From an uncultured Anaerolineales bacterium (lineage in GTDB: Bacteria > Chloroflexota > Anaerolineae > Anaerolineales > UBA11858): a stretch of 64,000 nt of DNA. Where the stretch lies: the NCBI GenBank assembly GCA_964438295.1, contig CAYTKR010000005.1:11228-75227 (forward strand), written 5' to 3'. The translations under genes and the position numbers were made by a program. This document shows positions 44,251-53,740 of the stretch, piece after piece (within the stretch, counting starts at the first letter, position 1; every line of letters begins with the position of its first letter). Below the pieces are notes generated by a model. The model was not told the DNA's origin, searched no databases, and saw nothing but the letters and a program-made list of their open reading frames with translations.

Positions 44251-44297
44251 CAGATTTGGGGGTAGGGAGTGCGGAGCTCTCCCTACCCCCAAATCTG
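44251..44297 (-). other. 19-bp perfect hairpin between cluster genes (attenuator or terminator-like, no U-tract)
   Basis: CAGATTTGGGGGTAGGGAG-n9-CTCCCTACCCCCAAATCTG. Confidence 0.5.
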
Positions 44298-44302
44298 CCA
44301 TT

Positions 44303-45472
44303 CTATTCACCACAATACGAATAATTGTGGATGTACTCACCAGACCAGCTTTCGTTGTTGAATGAATCTTCCGTTCTGACTTTATACACCAGTGATCCGG
44401 AGAAGCCATCGGTTTCGATGCCGACCTGGCTGACCCATTGATCGCCGCTAGTGTTGTTCATCTGGATCCAGGCCCAGCCCGCTTCGTTGTGGTTGAACCA
44501 GAACTCTGCCCAGATCACGCCCGAAGGATCGCTCAGGCCAGCCTCGCCGTAGATGGTACAGCCTTCCCAGAAATGGGTGACATAGTTGATGGTCGGGCCG
44601 GTTGTATCCGATGGAGCTGGCTCATAGACTTCCACAGTTGTCCAATAGTCTGTGGCAGAACCATCCATCTCGATCACTTGCAAGTTGTACGTGTAGGTTT
44701 CAGCTGGGCATTCCGAATCGCTGCCGCTGGCGTTCACGGAGACTCCTTCGAAATAGACTGCCTGGAAATCTCCATAGACATTCCAATTCAAAGTGCTGCA
44801 TTCACCCTGGTTGATATACGGAGGCGCGGCCCAAAAATCTGCCGAGGATTCCGTATATGCCGTGGCTGTGGGCGTGGGGGTGTCGCTGGGGGTTGCGGTT
44901 GGTGTTAGCGTTTCGGTTGGAGTGTGTGAAGCCGTAGGCGTTGGAGTGGGAGTTTCAGAGGAAGCTGCCGTAGGCGTAGGTGTCCCGGTGGGTTCTGCAT
45001 CCTCGTCGTCTTGGGGAACGATTTCGGCAGCGGGTTCGCAGGTGCCGATGCAGAAGGTCACTGAGGAAGGGCTGCTCGACCCGCCCCCGGTGCTGTGTGC
45101 TGTGGCCTCAAGGGTGTACTCGCCTTCAGCCGTGGGAATCCATTCCTGATCGAGACGCGCCATCAGGCCACTGCCATCCGTACTGATAGAGTAGGCTGTG
45201 GCTTCCGGCAATGGTTCGCCATTGATGCTCAAATTGAACCCTGAGATGCCATTGGCATCCGTGGCATAGACCACAAAATTGATCGTCTGTTTAGGCAGAT
45301 CCATGCCGTTGAATGGGAATTCGATCCAAACCGTAGTGCCCGTGCTAGCGCCATCTTGTAGCACGGCGCGGTTCAGGGCGAATCCGCTCAGGAGCAGTGA
45401 AACCATCACCACGGCAACCCACACCAACGGAGTCCGGCAATCATTCTTAGGGAAGGAATTTAATTTCTTCAT
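44303..45472 (-). CDS. Secreted Ig-like-domain protein with a TPTPT linker
   Basis: Signal peptide, an N-terminal Ig-like domain similar to that of 45489-48239, the linker PTGTPTPTAASSETPTPTPT..., and two C-terminal modules shared with 48251-50245. An AGGAGA RBS is present. Confidence 0.6.
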   Translation of the reverse strand: MKKLNSFPKNDCRTPLVWVAVVMVSLLLSGFALNRAVLQDGASTGTTVWIEFPFNGMDLPKQTINFVVYATDANGISGFNLSINGEPLPEATAYSISTDGSGLMARLDQEWIPTAEGEYTLEATAHSTGGGSSSPSSVTFCIGTCEPAAEIVPQDDEDAEPTGTPTPTAASSETPTPTPTASHTPTETLTPTATPSDTPTPTATAYTESSADFWAAPPYINQGECSTLNWNVYGDFQAVYFEGVSVNASGSDSECPAETYTYNLQVIEMDGSATDYWTTVEVYEPAPSDTTGPTINYVTHFWEGCTIYGEAGLSDPSGVIWAEFWFNHNEAGWAWIQMNNTSGDQWVSQVGIETDGFSGSLVYKVRTEDSFNNESWSGEYIHNYSYCGE

Positions 45473-45488
45473 CTTATATCTCCTGCTG

Positions 45489-48239
45489 TTATTTCATCTG
45501 CTCGATTGCGCTGCCTCGGACAATGAGCAGGTTGTTCCCTGGGTTGGGATCATTGAAGTCAGGTTTCTTCGGATCATGGTCTTCGAGATATGGAAGAACT
45601 CTTACCTGGAAACCTCGCTCGCATTTACCTAGGTTCTTGCCACAATAGTAGGCAAAGTTCTGGTCGACGTAATCACCGAGCGAGATCCATTGCGGCAGGT
45701 TCGATTGTACGTGTAAGACGGTTCTGCCTTCCCATGGACCGTCAACTTTGAATTTGCCATCATCGTCATAGAGTCCCCAGGTGACGCCGTATTGGATGCG
45801 ATTGTTGAACAAGGGTTCCGGTCCATAATTTTCAACATAGGCAAATAAGCGCAGACCGATGCGTTGGAGCTTGGTGACGGCAAGATCAGCCTGGGCGTGG
45901 ACGACGCCGCCACTGGAAGTGACGGTTGGTTTTTGACCTGTGAGTTCAACTGTCAGTTCACAGTTGCCATCGGGGGTGCGCATGGTGAATGTCCAGGGGT
46001 CTTGTTTCCATGAACTGACCGGAGGCACCAGACCAGCGCCTTTACAAACGCTATCCTGAGCCACGTAGCCCTGGTTGTCGACGCCGCTGACCGAGAAGCG
46101 GATGGTCATGAATTCTTTTTCGGCTAATGCCATACCCAAGGCATTATGCGGTCTGCGGCCATCGAAAGTCCAGGGTTTCAGATCGTAACTGGCTTCTTTG
46201 AGCCAATAGGCGCCTGATGTGCGCCGGAAATCGTTGACATAGACCTTGAGTTGCGCCCCGCCTGAGCCATGGGGCATTTTGTTGATCTTCAGAGTTTTGA
46301 AGGTCACTCCAGCGATAGCGTAAGCCGCTTCGGTATCGCCCTCGACCTTGTTGCTGCGACCGGATTCGCCCTGCCTGCCATACGCGCTGACCTCGTAGCG
46401 ATACAGGCAGCCCATCGGTTCGCCCCGGAAGAGGATTTCGGTCTCTTGCTGGGGGGAGGCGATGATCACAGGGGCGTAAATTTGGGAGTCCATGCCGGGG
46501 CAACTGTATGTGCGATACAGCAGGAAACCGTCGATGTCTTTGCCCGCACCGCTAAAGTGCCAATCCCAGGTGATCACGCGCGAGTTGGTTGTGGTGAGCT
46601 TGACTCGCAGGTTGGTCGGCGCAGGGAAAGCAGCCGTGGTGCCTTTGCCGGTCCATTTGAGATTTTCGACCCAAATCTTGTACTCGACTTTGAAGTTGTC
46701 GTTCTGGGCGATGTAATAGCTTTGGTCTTTGATATCGATATCACCTGGTAAATGAGAGTTGTAAGCCTCTCCAAGATTTGTAGGGCCGCGGGAGTCGCTC
46801 CAGGAAGCCAGGGTGTATGCCGATGACCAAAATTTGGCCGTAATATATTGGTCGGGGTTGAGGAACAGGGAGGCGGCAACCGGGGTGACTTCATCTGACA
46901 TTTGCCACTTCCCTGTGGGGATGTAACTCCCCTGATCTTTGGGAAGCCGTCGACCGGGACTGTTATTGATGCTATACCAAAGGGCAGCAAATCCAGCCCC
47001 GCCGCGTTTGGGTTCCACGCCACGCGCTTGGATGTGAATGTATTTGACGCGCTCAGGATCATCGATGCAGGCCGAGGTCGGTTTGACTTCCACGAAAACC
47101 GGCGCGCTGCGGGATGTACTGATCATGTTCTGTTGAATCACACCTAAAGCAACCTGGTCATGCGGGATGATATCAACCTTACCCTGAGCTTCTACAGAGT
47201 ACTCATAGGTGCCCGGATAGGGAACGTCATCGACGTAGCTGGTCTGGTTTGCAGCTGTGGCAGCCACATATTGCGCTGAAACCTGATCGGGTTTGAGACG
47301 CCGGTAGATGGCAAAGCCGGTTTCATCGGTGGAATTATCTTTCCAGGTCAGCGTGACTTTGCAGTCGCTGGTCATCACAGTCAAGGAATCTGGCGCAGAA
47401 AGGTCAGGATTAGTGCCGTTCATAACCGCTTGAAAGCCAGGGAATAAATTGGGATCGATTTGGGCGACCTGACCTTGGCCGGGTTGGAAGCCAGGGAGTG
47501 ATACGGCGCTGGCCGGCGGTTGAATTGGTAGCAGCCCTGGCAAAATATTTACTTGTCCACCTTGCTGACCTCCTTGTTGCCCCCCCTGTTGGCCCGCGGG
47601 AGGTTTGGCGGGTTGTGACGGAGGCTGGTTGGATCGCGCCCCGGGCACTACCACCACTTGCCCCGGTTTGAGCGCACCACTGACCCCAGGGTTGGCATCC
47701 TGGATGGCAGCGGCGGTACTGCCCGTTTCCTGGGCAACGCTGTCAACGGTATCGCCATCCTGGGCGATAAAGTGTATTTGTTGGGGTTTGTCCGGCACAG
47801 AAGCCTCGATGTTGCTGACGGTGACATGGACCGCCAGGGATTCTCCTAGCGCCCCCGCACTGTTGTACGCTCGGGCAACCATGGCATAGGTGCCGGGTTC
47901 GGTGCCCATCATGCCATAGCTCAAGGTCAGCGGGTTGACCCCATTGACTTCGGCCTCAGGTGCTGCTTGGGAGAGTACCAGAACGCCATCGACCCACAGG
48001 TCCAGGCGTACGACACCTAGAACATCGCGCGCCGTAACAGAAATGGGAAAGGGTTGGTTGAGATCCACCTGAATGCCGGCGGCAGGCTCTTGGAAAGCAA
48101 CCACAGGTCCAGGAACTGATACCTGTGTAGCATCCTCAGTAGGCGCGCCGCCGAGTCCAGGCATGTTACAGGCTAGCGTCGCCAAAAATAGGGTAGCGGC
48201 AATCCAGAGAAAGGTATTGATAACACGTTTTCTTTTCAT
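45489..48239 (-). CDS. Large lipoprotein: Ig-like domain, LysM, Gly/Gln linker, two FN3-like domains and a C-terminal region of about 400 aa of unknown function
   Basis: Lipobox TLAC. LysM is HFIAQDGDTVDSVAQETGSTAAAIQDANPG...GQVVVVPG. There is a GGQQGGQQGGQQGGQ linker. VTLTWKDNSTDETGFAIYRR is FN3-like. An AGGAGG RBS lies before the ATG at 48239. Confidence 0.65.
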   Translation of the reverse strand: MKRKRVINTFLWIAATLFLATLACNMPGLGGAPTEDATQVSVPGPVVAFQEPAAGIQVDLNQPFPISVTARDVLGVVRLDLWVDGVLVLSQAAPEAEVNGVNPLTLSYGMMGTEPGTYAMVARAYNSAGALGESLAVHVTVSNIEASVPDKPQQIHFIAQDGDTVDSVAQETGSTAAAIQDANPGVSGALKPGQVVVVPGARSNQPPSQPAKPPAGQQGGQQGGQQGGQVNILPGLLPIQPPASAVSLPGFQPGQGQVAQIDPNLFPGFQAVMNGTNPDLSAPDSLTVMTSDCKVTLTWKDNSTDETGFAIYRRLKPDQVSAQYVAATAANQTSYVDDVPYPGTYEYSVEAQGKVDIIPHDQVALGVIQQNMISTSRSAPVFVEVKPTSACIDDPERVKYIHIQARGVEPKRGGAGFAALWYSINNSPGRRLPKDQGSYIPTGKWQMSDEVTPVAASLFLNPDQYITAKFWSSAYTLASWSDSRGPTNLGEAYNSHLPGDIDIKDQSYYIAQNDNFKVEYKIWVENLKWTGKGTTAAFPAPTNLRVKLTTTNSRVITWDWHFSGAGKDIDGFLLYRTYSCPGMDSQIYAPVIIASPQQETEILFRGEPMGCLYRYEVSAYGRQGESGRSNKVEGDTEAAYAIAGVTFKTLKINKMPHGSGGAQLKVYVNDFRRTSGAYWLKEASYDLKPWTFDGRRPHNALGMALAEKEFMTIRFSVSGVDNQGYVAQDSVCKGAGLVPPVSSWKQDPWTFTMRTPDGNCELTVELTGQKPTVTSSGGVVHAQADLAVTKLQRIGLRLFAYVENYGPEPLFNNRIQYGVTWGLYDDDGKFKVDGPWEGRTVLHVQSNLPQWISLGDYVDQNFAYYCGKNLGKCERGFQVRVLPYLEDHDPKKPDFNDPNPGNNLLIVRGSAIEQMK

Positions 48240-48250
48240 ATTCAGCCTCC

Positions 48251-50245
48251 TTATGGGCACCAGCCATTCCAGACATACTCGATCCAGGACCAGCTGGGTG
48301 GCCCGTTTGGCATCTGGATCATGCCAGCCATAGGCCCTGTGTAATAGTAAGTACCATCAAACCACTCGGTTCCAGCGGCGTTTTCCACTCTGAAAGTCAC
48401 CGAGTAAACTCCTGAATTGTGGGATACCAAGTAATAGTAACCGCTGTCCGACAAGCCATTGTCGATATAGAAGTCGAAACCGCCGTTGGCGTAAAAATCG
48501 AACGCTGCACAATGAATGATGGTATTTTCGTCCCAGAATTCTCCAGCATAGTACCCGCCCTGCCCATAATTGGTGAGCATCTGCGGCAAAGTTGGATCAG
48601 ATAGTGTGACCGACCCCGACTGATCGGTGAAGCTGCCCGTTGGCAGGGGGTAGTAGGCTTGTTTTTGGCCGCCGCTCCAAAAGCCGACACCGGCAGCGTA
48701 GGTGTGGTTGCCCCCTGATACCTGAACGTCCAAGGAGTGACCAATCATGATCGTCTGGGCTTCGCTGAGGATGACATCCTGGCCATCGATAAGCAGTTCT
48801 ACGACCGGGTGAGATGAATTGTTGGTAAAAGTCACTGTGCCCCCTGCGCCCCCTCCCGGGTTGTTGCCTGCTCCCGACGGGATGATCTGGATATCGACCT
48901 GGGTCCACTTTTCAGATGTATTGTCACAACTTGCGCCCCAGGCGGTAAGGAAATGCGTGTACAGGGCATTGCCTTCATTGGGGTCCACAAAATAGCTATG
49001 TGTGTCAGTGGCGTTGACTTCGACGTTATCTAGGAAGACCTTGCAGGCATCCCAGACTTCCCACTCCAGCAGGATCATATCACCCGGTGCCGCGCTGACG
49101 GGTCCCAGGAAGTAGCGAATATCGGGTTCAGGGGCCACAGGCGGCTGCCCGACTACGCCGCCGCTGCAATAGAACAGCGACATCGACATTAACGGCGTAT
49201 CCGTTTTCATCCCGTTTTTGTCGACCACCTGAATGTAGAAATCAATCGCACCGTCATCCATACCCATTACGTTAGGTGCTTCTGCGCCAGCATCAATATC
49301 CCCAGCGTAGTCGCCGATACCGAGCTGGTACATAGGTGTTGAGTAATTTCCCCAGGAACCAGCAGCACTGGAATAACCATAGTAGATTGTCGCCGAAGCA
49401 ATCTGATCCAAGGGATCGATAGTCGCTTGCACATTGAGGTTGGTGATCTCGTTGACACAGGGACCATAATAGACTTCAGTTTTGGGGTAAAGCTGAATAT
49501 TGGTTATGCTGATCGAACTCGAACTCGCTCCACCTGGAGCGCCGCTGGGAGCACCCCCCGGGGCCTGCGCGCCACCACCACACGGCCAGACCTCAACCCC
49601 GTAGACGAAGCCATCCGGTTCTGTTTGGATGTTTCCGGCGGCATCCATGGCAAAGATCTGGTACTGCATGGTGCCATCATTGCCTTTCAATTCGCCATTG
49701 GCATACGCGGTGACATCGATGGTCACCTGGTATTGTTTCCCCCCGGTGGAGGCCATATTAGCCTGGTACCACTGGTTGCCGCCGATGCCCGCTGAATAGC
49801 TGAGATACTGATAATTGACCCAAACCTGAGCCAGGTTGCCAGAATCATCGCTGGCGTCGGCGTAGATTGTAACGGCGGTCGGCCCGCAGCCGTTTTGGTA
49901 GTACACCTTTGTCGCAGATGTATTGACATTAGAAATTACTGGGGCAGTTTTGTCGCTGGCAGAGGCCGCTTGCGTGGGACGGCCAGTTGGGGTGGGTGGG
50001 GGAATGGGGGTCTGTACATTTGAGCCACTCGCACTCCCGACGGGCGTTACGGCCTGGATTGTAACTGGGATGAGGGGCGATTGATTGTTCCCGGGTGCCG
50101 CTTGAACGGTCAGAGCCACGGATGTCGCGGCGGCGTCAACATCCAGGTCGACACCTTGCGTGATGTTGCAGGCTAAGATCGCCAGGAGTAAAACCAGCAT
50201 GCTGGAGAAGATAAACCTTTGGTTGTTGGTGTGTGCGGAACTCAT
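48251..50245 (-). CDS. Lipoprotein with two tandem copies of a ~120-aa Cys-bounded module and an Ig-like module
   Basis: Lipobox ILAC. The two repeated modules end in ...VWPCGG and ...LFYCSGG. The ATG at 50245 overlaps the upstream stop codon (ATGA) and is preceded by AAGGAGA. Confidence 0.6.
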   Translation of the reverse strand: MSSAHTNNQRFIFSSMLVLLLAILACNITQGVDLDVDAAATSVALTVQAAPGNNQSPLIPVTIQAVTPVGSASGSNVQTPIPPPTPTGRPTQAASASDKTAPVISNVNTSATKVYYQNGCGPTAVTIYADASDDSGNLAQVWVNYQYLSYSAGIGGNQWYQANMASTGGKQYQVTIDVTAYANGELKGNDGTMQYQIFAMDAAGNIQTEPDGFVYGVEVWPCGGGAQAPGGAPSGAPGGASSSSISITNIQLYPKTEVYYGPCVNEITNLNVQATIDPLDQIASATIYYGYSSAAGSWGNYSTPMYQLGIGDYAGDIDAGAEAPNVMGMDDGAIDFYIQVVDKNGMKTDTPLMSMSLFYCSGGVVGQPPVAPEPDIRYFLGPVSAAPGDMILLEWEVWDACKVFLDNVEVNATDTHSYFVDPNEGNALYTHFLTAWGASCDNTSEKWTQVDIQIIPSGAGNNPGGGAGGTVTFTNNSSHPVVELLIDGQDVILSEAQTIMIGHSLDVQVSGGNHTYAAGVGFWSGGQKQAYYPLPTGSFTDQSGSVTLSDPTLPQMLTNYGQGGYYAGEFWDENTIIHCAAFDFYANGGFDFYIDNGLSDSGYYYLVSHNSGVYSVTFRVENAAGTEWFDGTYYYTGPMAGMIQMPNGPPSWSWIEYVWNGWCP

Positions 50246-51831
50246 GCTGAGAGTCTCCTTTTGACCCACCCAATCCCAAACGAGATTGGAAACACGATCA
50301 CACTACCACAAATGGGGAAGTTAAACACCGGCCGAGGGTTCGGCGTTGGTTGGGGTGGGACCTCTTCGGCCACCTCTGGTTGAGCTGTAGGAAGCGGAAT
50401 TGATGTGTTGGTTGGCTGAGGTGGCAGCGTTGGAGGTACGGTTGCAGTGGGGGGCTGGATGTTGGGAATGCCCCAATCGGCCAGGCGCGTATTCACTGTG
50501 CCGCGCCCGCCGGTGGCATGATAGAAGTTCGACACCCCGCACAATTTGCTGAGCATGTAGCAACGGGCATGATAGCTGTACCAGGCGAATTCTGCCTGAG
50601 AAAATTCCGTATCCGAAAACACTATGAAAGCCACATTGAAATGAGTTTGTGCCTGAGGATAGGGAGAAAGGCGTTCCCCACCCGCCGCGGCCATGATTTC
50701 TTCGATGGTGTAAGTCTGCACTTGTTCGGCGGCGACTCTTTCGGGATTAGAGACATCGGGGTTGATGAGAACGTGCACGTCGGGCACTTCGTCAGGCGGG
50801 ATCATGCCCATCAAGTACAACTCAAGGGGAGCGTAGAGACCATCAGTCCATCCCAGAGCTTTGAAGGTTCCATCCCCATTAGGGACAAAAAAGTAGAAAC
50901 CGCCATCAGGAGTTGTGTAACCTTCACTCATCACACCGGTGATATCGCTGTTGCCCGTCCAATGAACCCCATCGGAAATCCCTTGTTCAACGCCAATGAA
51001 TGCTCCCCAGGTATGCCCAAGCTCATGATTCAGCAGATTGCCAGATTCACCAGAATAAACCATGGTCAGCAAGCGCCCCTGGGAACCATACTCCGTGTGG
51101 TAATTTCTATCTTCGAGGCCGATGTTCTTAGCCGCGGTTTGCAAGATCCCGGCGTGTGCTTTCATCCCTAGGTCACCCCTGACCACGGCGAAGTTCAGAA
51201 AATCAAACTCATCAGGATAGACGGAATAGAATTTCTGGGCGATAGCCTGGCCGTTGTAGTCGGTCAAATTAGGAAATGTGCCTGTATACGTCTCGCCCAC
51301 TGGGTCTACGATAAAGAAAGCGTACTCCGTGGCAAACAGACCATTTCCGACCTGTTCAGCGGGGAACTGAACTCGATCTGTAACGATCTGAATGCTGCTT
51401 CCATAAATGAAATCAGATTCTGCCCCACCTGTATACGCCACTTCGATCAGGAGCCAGATTTTCGCCAAATCTATTTGATCGTTTTCATCGTACATGTTTG
51501 GGAAAATGACTTCATCTGGGAACATAGCTGCGGTGATGCCCCCCAAAGTGTAGACTCCATCTCCCGCGGCCTTGTCACCATGGGTGCCGTCATCGAAAAG
51601 CTGCAATACGGGGGTCTCGCCGTACTCAGGTTTAATGGTCACGCTGGCGATATTCCCCTCGGTTGTGTAGACTTCCAGGGTGGTGGTGTCTTGGCCGTTG
51701 TCGTAAATGGCGGTGGGCGAGAAGCGGTAGTAGATATCTGCACCTTGGGCGGCAGCCTGGCTTTCGGGAGAGAGTAAGCTGATGCAGCCTATCAATAGCG
51801 CTGTTACCAGAAGGGCTTTGATGGGTTTCAT
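50242..51831 (-). CDS. Lipoprotein with an HExxH zincin domain, a Pro-rich linker and a C-terminal TM anchor
   Basis: Lipobox LIGC. HELGH is encoded at 51013-51027. The motif series HELGHTW...GVHW...LELYLMGM is shared with 40449-43355. The C-terminus is ...PICGSVIVFPISFGIGWVKRRLSA. The ATG at 51831 has an AGGAGAA RBS. Confidence 0.65.
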   Translation of the reverse strand: MKPIKALLVTALLIGCISLLSPESQAAAQGADIYYRFSPTAIYDNGQDTTTLEVYTTEGNIASVTIKPEYGETPVLQLFDDGTHGDKAAGDGVYTLGGITAAMFPDEVIFPNMYDENDQIDLAKIWLLIEVAYTGGAESDFIYGSSIQIVTDRVQFPAEQVGNGLFATEYAFFIVDPVGETYTGTFPNLTDYNGQAIAQKFYSVYPDEFDFLNFAVVRGDLGMKAHAGILQTAAKNIGLEDRNYHTEYGSQGRLLTMVYSGESGNLLNHELGHTWGAFIGVEQGISDGVHWTGNSDITGVMSEGYTTPDGGFYFFVPNGDGTFKALGWTDGLYAPLELYLMGMIPPDEVPDVHVLINPDVSNPERVAAEQVQTYTIEEIMAAAGGERLSPYPQAQTHFNVAFIVFSDTEFSQAEFAWYSYHARCYMLSKLCGVSNFYHATGGRGTVNTRLADWGIPNIQPPTATVPPTLPPQPTNTSIPLPTAQPEVAEEVPPQPTPNPRPVFNFPICGSVIVFPISFGIGWVKRRLSA

Positions 51832-51848
51832 GTTTTCTCCTATGGTGT

Positions 51849-53732
51849 TCAAAAATCACAATTGGTCTCGCGCAAGCCAAAACCGAAGCGAGTTTCGGTT
51901 TCTCCAGAAATATCTGCACCCAACACCGGGATGACGATCTCGTTCAAAAACGGCACGCAGCTCTGCTCCCCGCGCTGAGCAGCCAGGGTTTGGATCACTG
52001 CTTGAAAGGCATCATGGCCAAAAGTGCTCTCAACGTAATCCCAGAAACACATCCCCGTGCGATAATACTGGCTCTGAGCACTGTAATTCGACTCATCAAC
52101 AACCGCTTCGTGGGCTGGGATGCTCAGGTCTACAAAGGGGTAGGTGACCTTTTCGCTCAGATTGCCGTCGTGGTAATAAACCCAATCCACCCAGCCCTCT
52201 GCTGAGCAACTGAGATACTTGGCATGCGCCGCGTCGGAGCGTTCTGGCTCGTCCAGGTAGGTTGCCAGGCCTTCGTCCAGCCAATGAGGAAGTGAGGTGC
52301 CACCCATGAAAACATGGGTCAACTCATGGGCATCGGCGCATTTCCCAGCGATCATGTTTTGCCAGTTGAGCGGCAATTCGTCTCCAAATTCACCCTTCAA
52401 ACTGGCTTCGATGAAATTGCGGTCTGCGTGGACGATATAGCCAATTTCTGGCATAGAGAAACGACCACCTTCATTGGGATTGGCTGATTTAATCATCCTT
52501 TGATGGACCTGGCTATAAGGAAATGGTATGCCCAGATAATCGCTCAGCGGTCCCATACAATTACCCATATCCATGATCTTCATATTGGCGATTTCTTCGT
52601 GTTCCGCTGGGGCGATGACGATCAGGTTGTCGAGCTGTTTCTTGATTTCATGAGGATCGCTGAGTGGTGCGCTGGCGACAAATTCTGAGCAGGCGGTGTG
52701 GGATTGGGAGGCGCGACATTGTTGGTATTCTGACAGGTTCACCATCTCTCCCTCGGTGAGGGTTGCCAGATCCGATATGGTCATACTCTGCTCGAGGTTG
52801 TTATTTCCAGCAGGATCTTGCGGGTTTTCAGGGGTGATGGCAGCCTGAAGGAGGGCATTTCCGGCTTGGGTAACGCCATAGCTTTCGAAATTTGTACCGG
52901 GGACGAAGACCCCATCGCAGGTTTGGGGTGGCATCATCTTTGGATAAGAGGCCCGCGTTTCAACCCCATTGACTGTGAGGGAGCCTTCGAAGGGTGCTGC
53001 AGAGCCTGCCCCCAGGTTGCAGACAGTGACCTCGAATGTGCCCTGAGCTTCCACTCCATCATATCTCAAAAGGGCGTGCAGGATCATCAAATCAGAGTCG
53101 CCCTCGATTACGGCAGGCTGTGTAAGCGCTTCTGGAATAGATTCCGCCCAGGTGGCAAAGCTGATCTCGACAAAATCAAACGTACTGTCGTAAGAGAAAC
53201 CTTCGCCTCGAACGAGGAAATATCCTAACCGGCCTTCATCTGTTTGATAGCAGATATGCCAGCCAGGGTCGGATACAGAAGGGTTATCCAGGGGGATGCT
53301 GAGTTGATCTTCTCCGCGGGCGAAGGCTTCAGCGCAGGATTGCAAATTGGGTTTCTCATACACTAGAGCGAGCATGGCGCTGTTGGTCGATTCCAAGAAC
53401 TGGAAGTTTTCGTTCTCATATGGGATGGTAAAGAGCAGGTCAGCCCCCGGAGGGTCCTCCGTATCCGTAGCTGAATAACTGCTCAGGGATGTGCTATCCA
53501 GATCGAGCGTCTGGTCGACAGCCAGGGAAACCGTGCCCGAGAAAAAGATAGTTTCTGCCGGCTCTATAGTTGGTTGATCAGTAGGTTGATCGACGACCTC
53601 GATTACTGTTTTGTCTGCTGATTCAGTAGGTTGAACTTCTACTGCCGGAGTGCTGCTCACCATAGGTAGATTACAAGCCAAAACAGTGAACAACAATGCA
53701 CAAGCAATTAGGGGGGGGGTTCGCCAGTTCAT
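51849..53732 (-). CDS. Lipoprotein with a gluzincin-like (Peptidase_MA_2-like) metalloprotease domain
   Basis: Lipobox VLAC. HELTH is encoded at 52314-52328 and is followed 13 residues later by WLDEGLATY (the Glu ligand context). Confidence 0.65.
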   Translation of the reverse strand: MNWRTPPLIACALLFTVLACNLPMVSSTPAVEVQPTESADKTVIEVVDQPTDQPTIEPAETIFFSGTVSLAVDQTLDLDSTSLSSYSATDTEDPPGADLLFTIPYENENFQFLESTNSAMLALVYEKPNLQSCAEAFARGEDQLSIPLDNPSVSDPGWHICYQTDEGRLGYFLVRGEGFSYDSTFDFVEISFATWAESIPEALTQPAVIEGDSDLMILHALLRYDGVEAQGTFEVTVCNLGAGSAAPFEGSLTVNGVETRASYPKMMPPQTCDGVFVPGTNFESYGVTQAGNALLQAAITPENPQDPAGNNNLEQSMTISDLATLTEGEMVNLSEYQQCRASQSHTACSEFVASAPLSDPHEIKKQLDNLIVIAPAEHEEIANMKIMDMGNCMGPLSDYLGIPFPYSQVHQRMIKSANPNEGGRFSMPEIGYIVHADRNFIEASLKGEFGDELPLNWQNMIAGKCADAHELTHVFMGGTSLPHWLDEGLATYLDEPERSDAAHAKYLSCSAEGWVDWVYYHDGNLSEKVTYPFVDLSIPAHEAVVDESNYSAQSQYYRTGMCFWDYVESTFGHDAFQAVIQTLAAQRGEQSCVPFLNEIVIPVLGADISGETETRFGFGLRETNCDF

Positions 53733-53740
53733 AGCATACC

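Noticed and set aside
50518-51171. 217-aa plus-strand ORF
   Set aside because: It is antisense to the HELGH lipoprotein gene and has no independent start signals.
43563-53732. Diversity-generating retroelement targeting the Ig-like or variable lipoproteins
   Set aside because: There is no reverse transcriptase gene and no template/variable repeat pair in the window.
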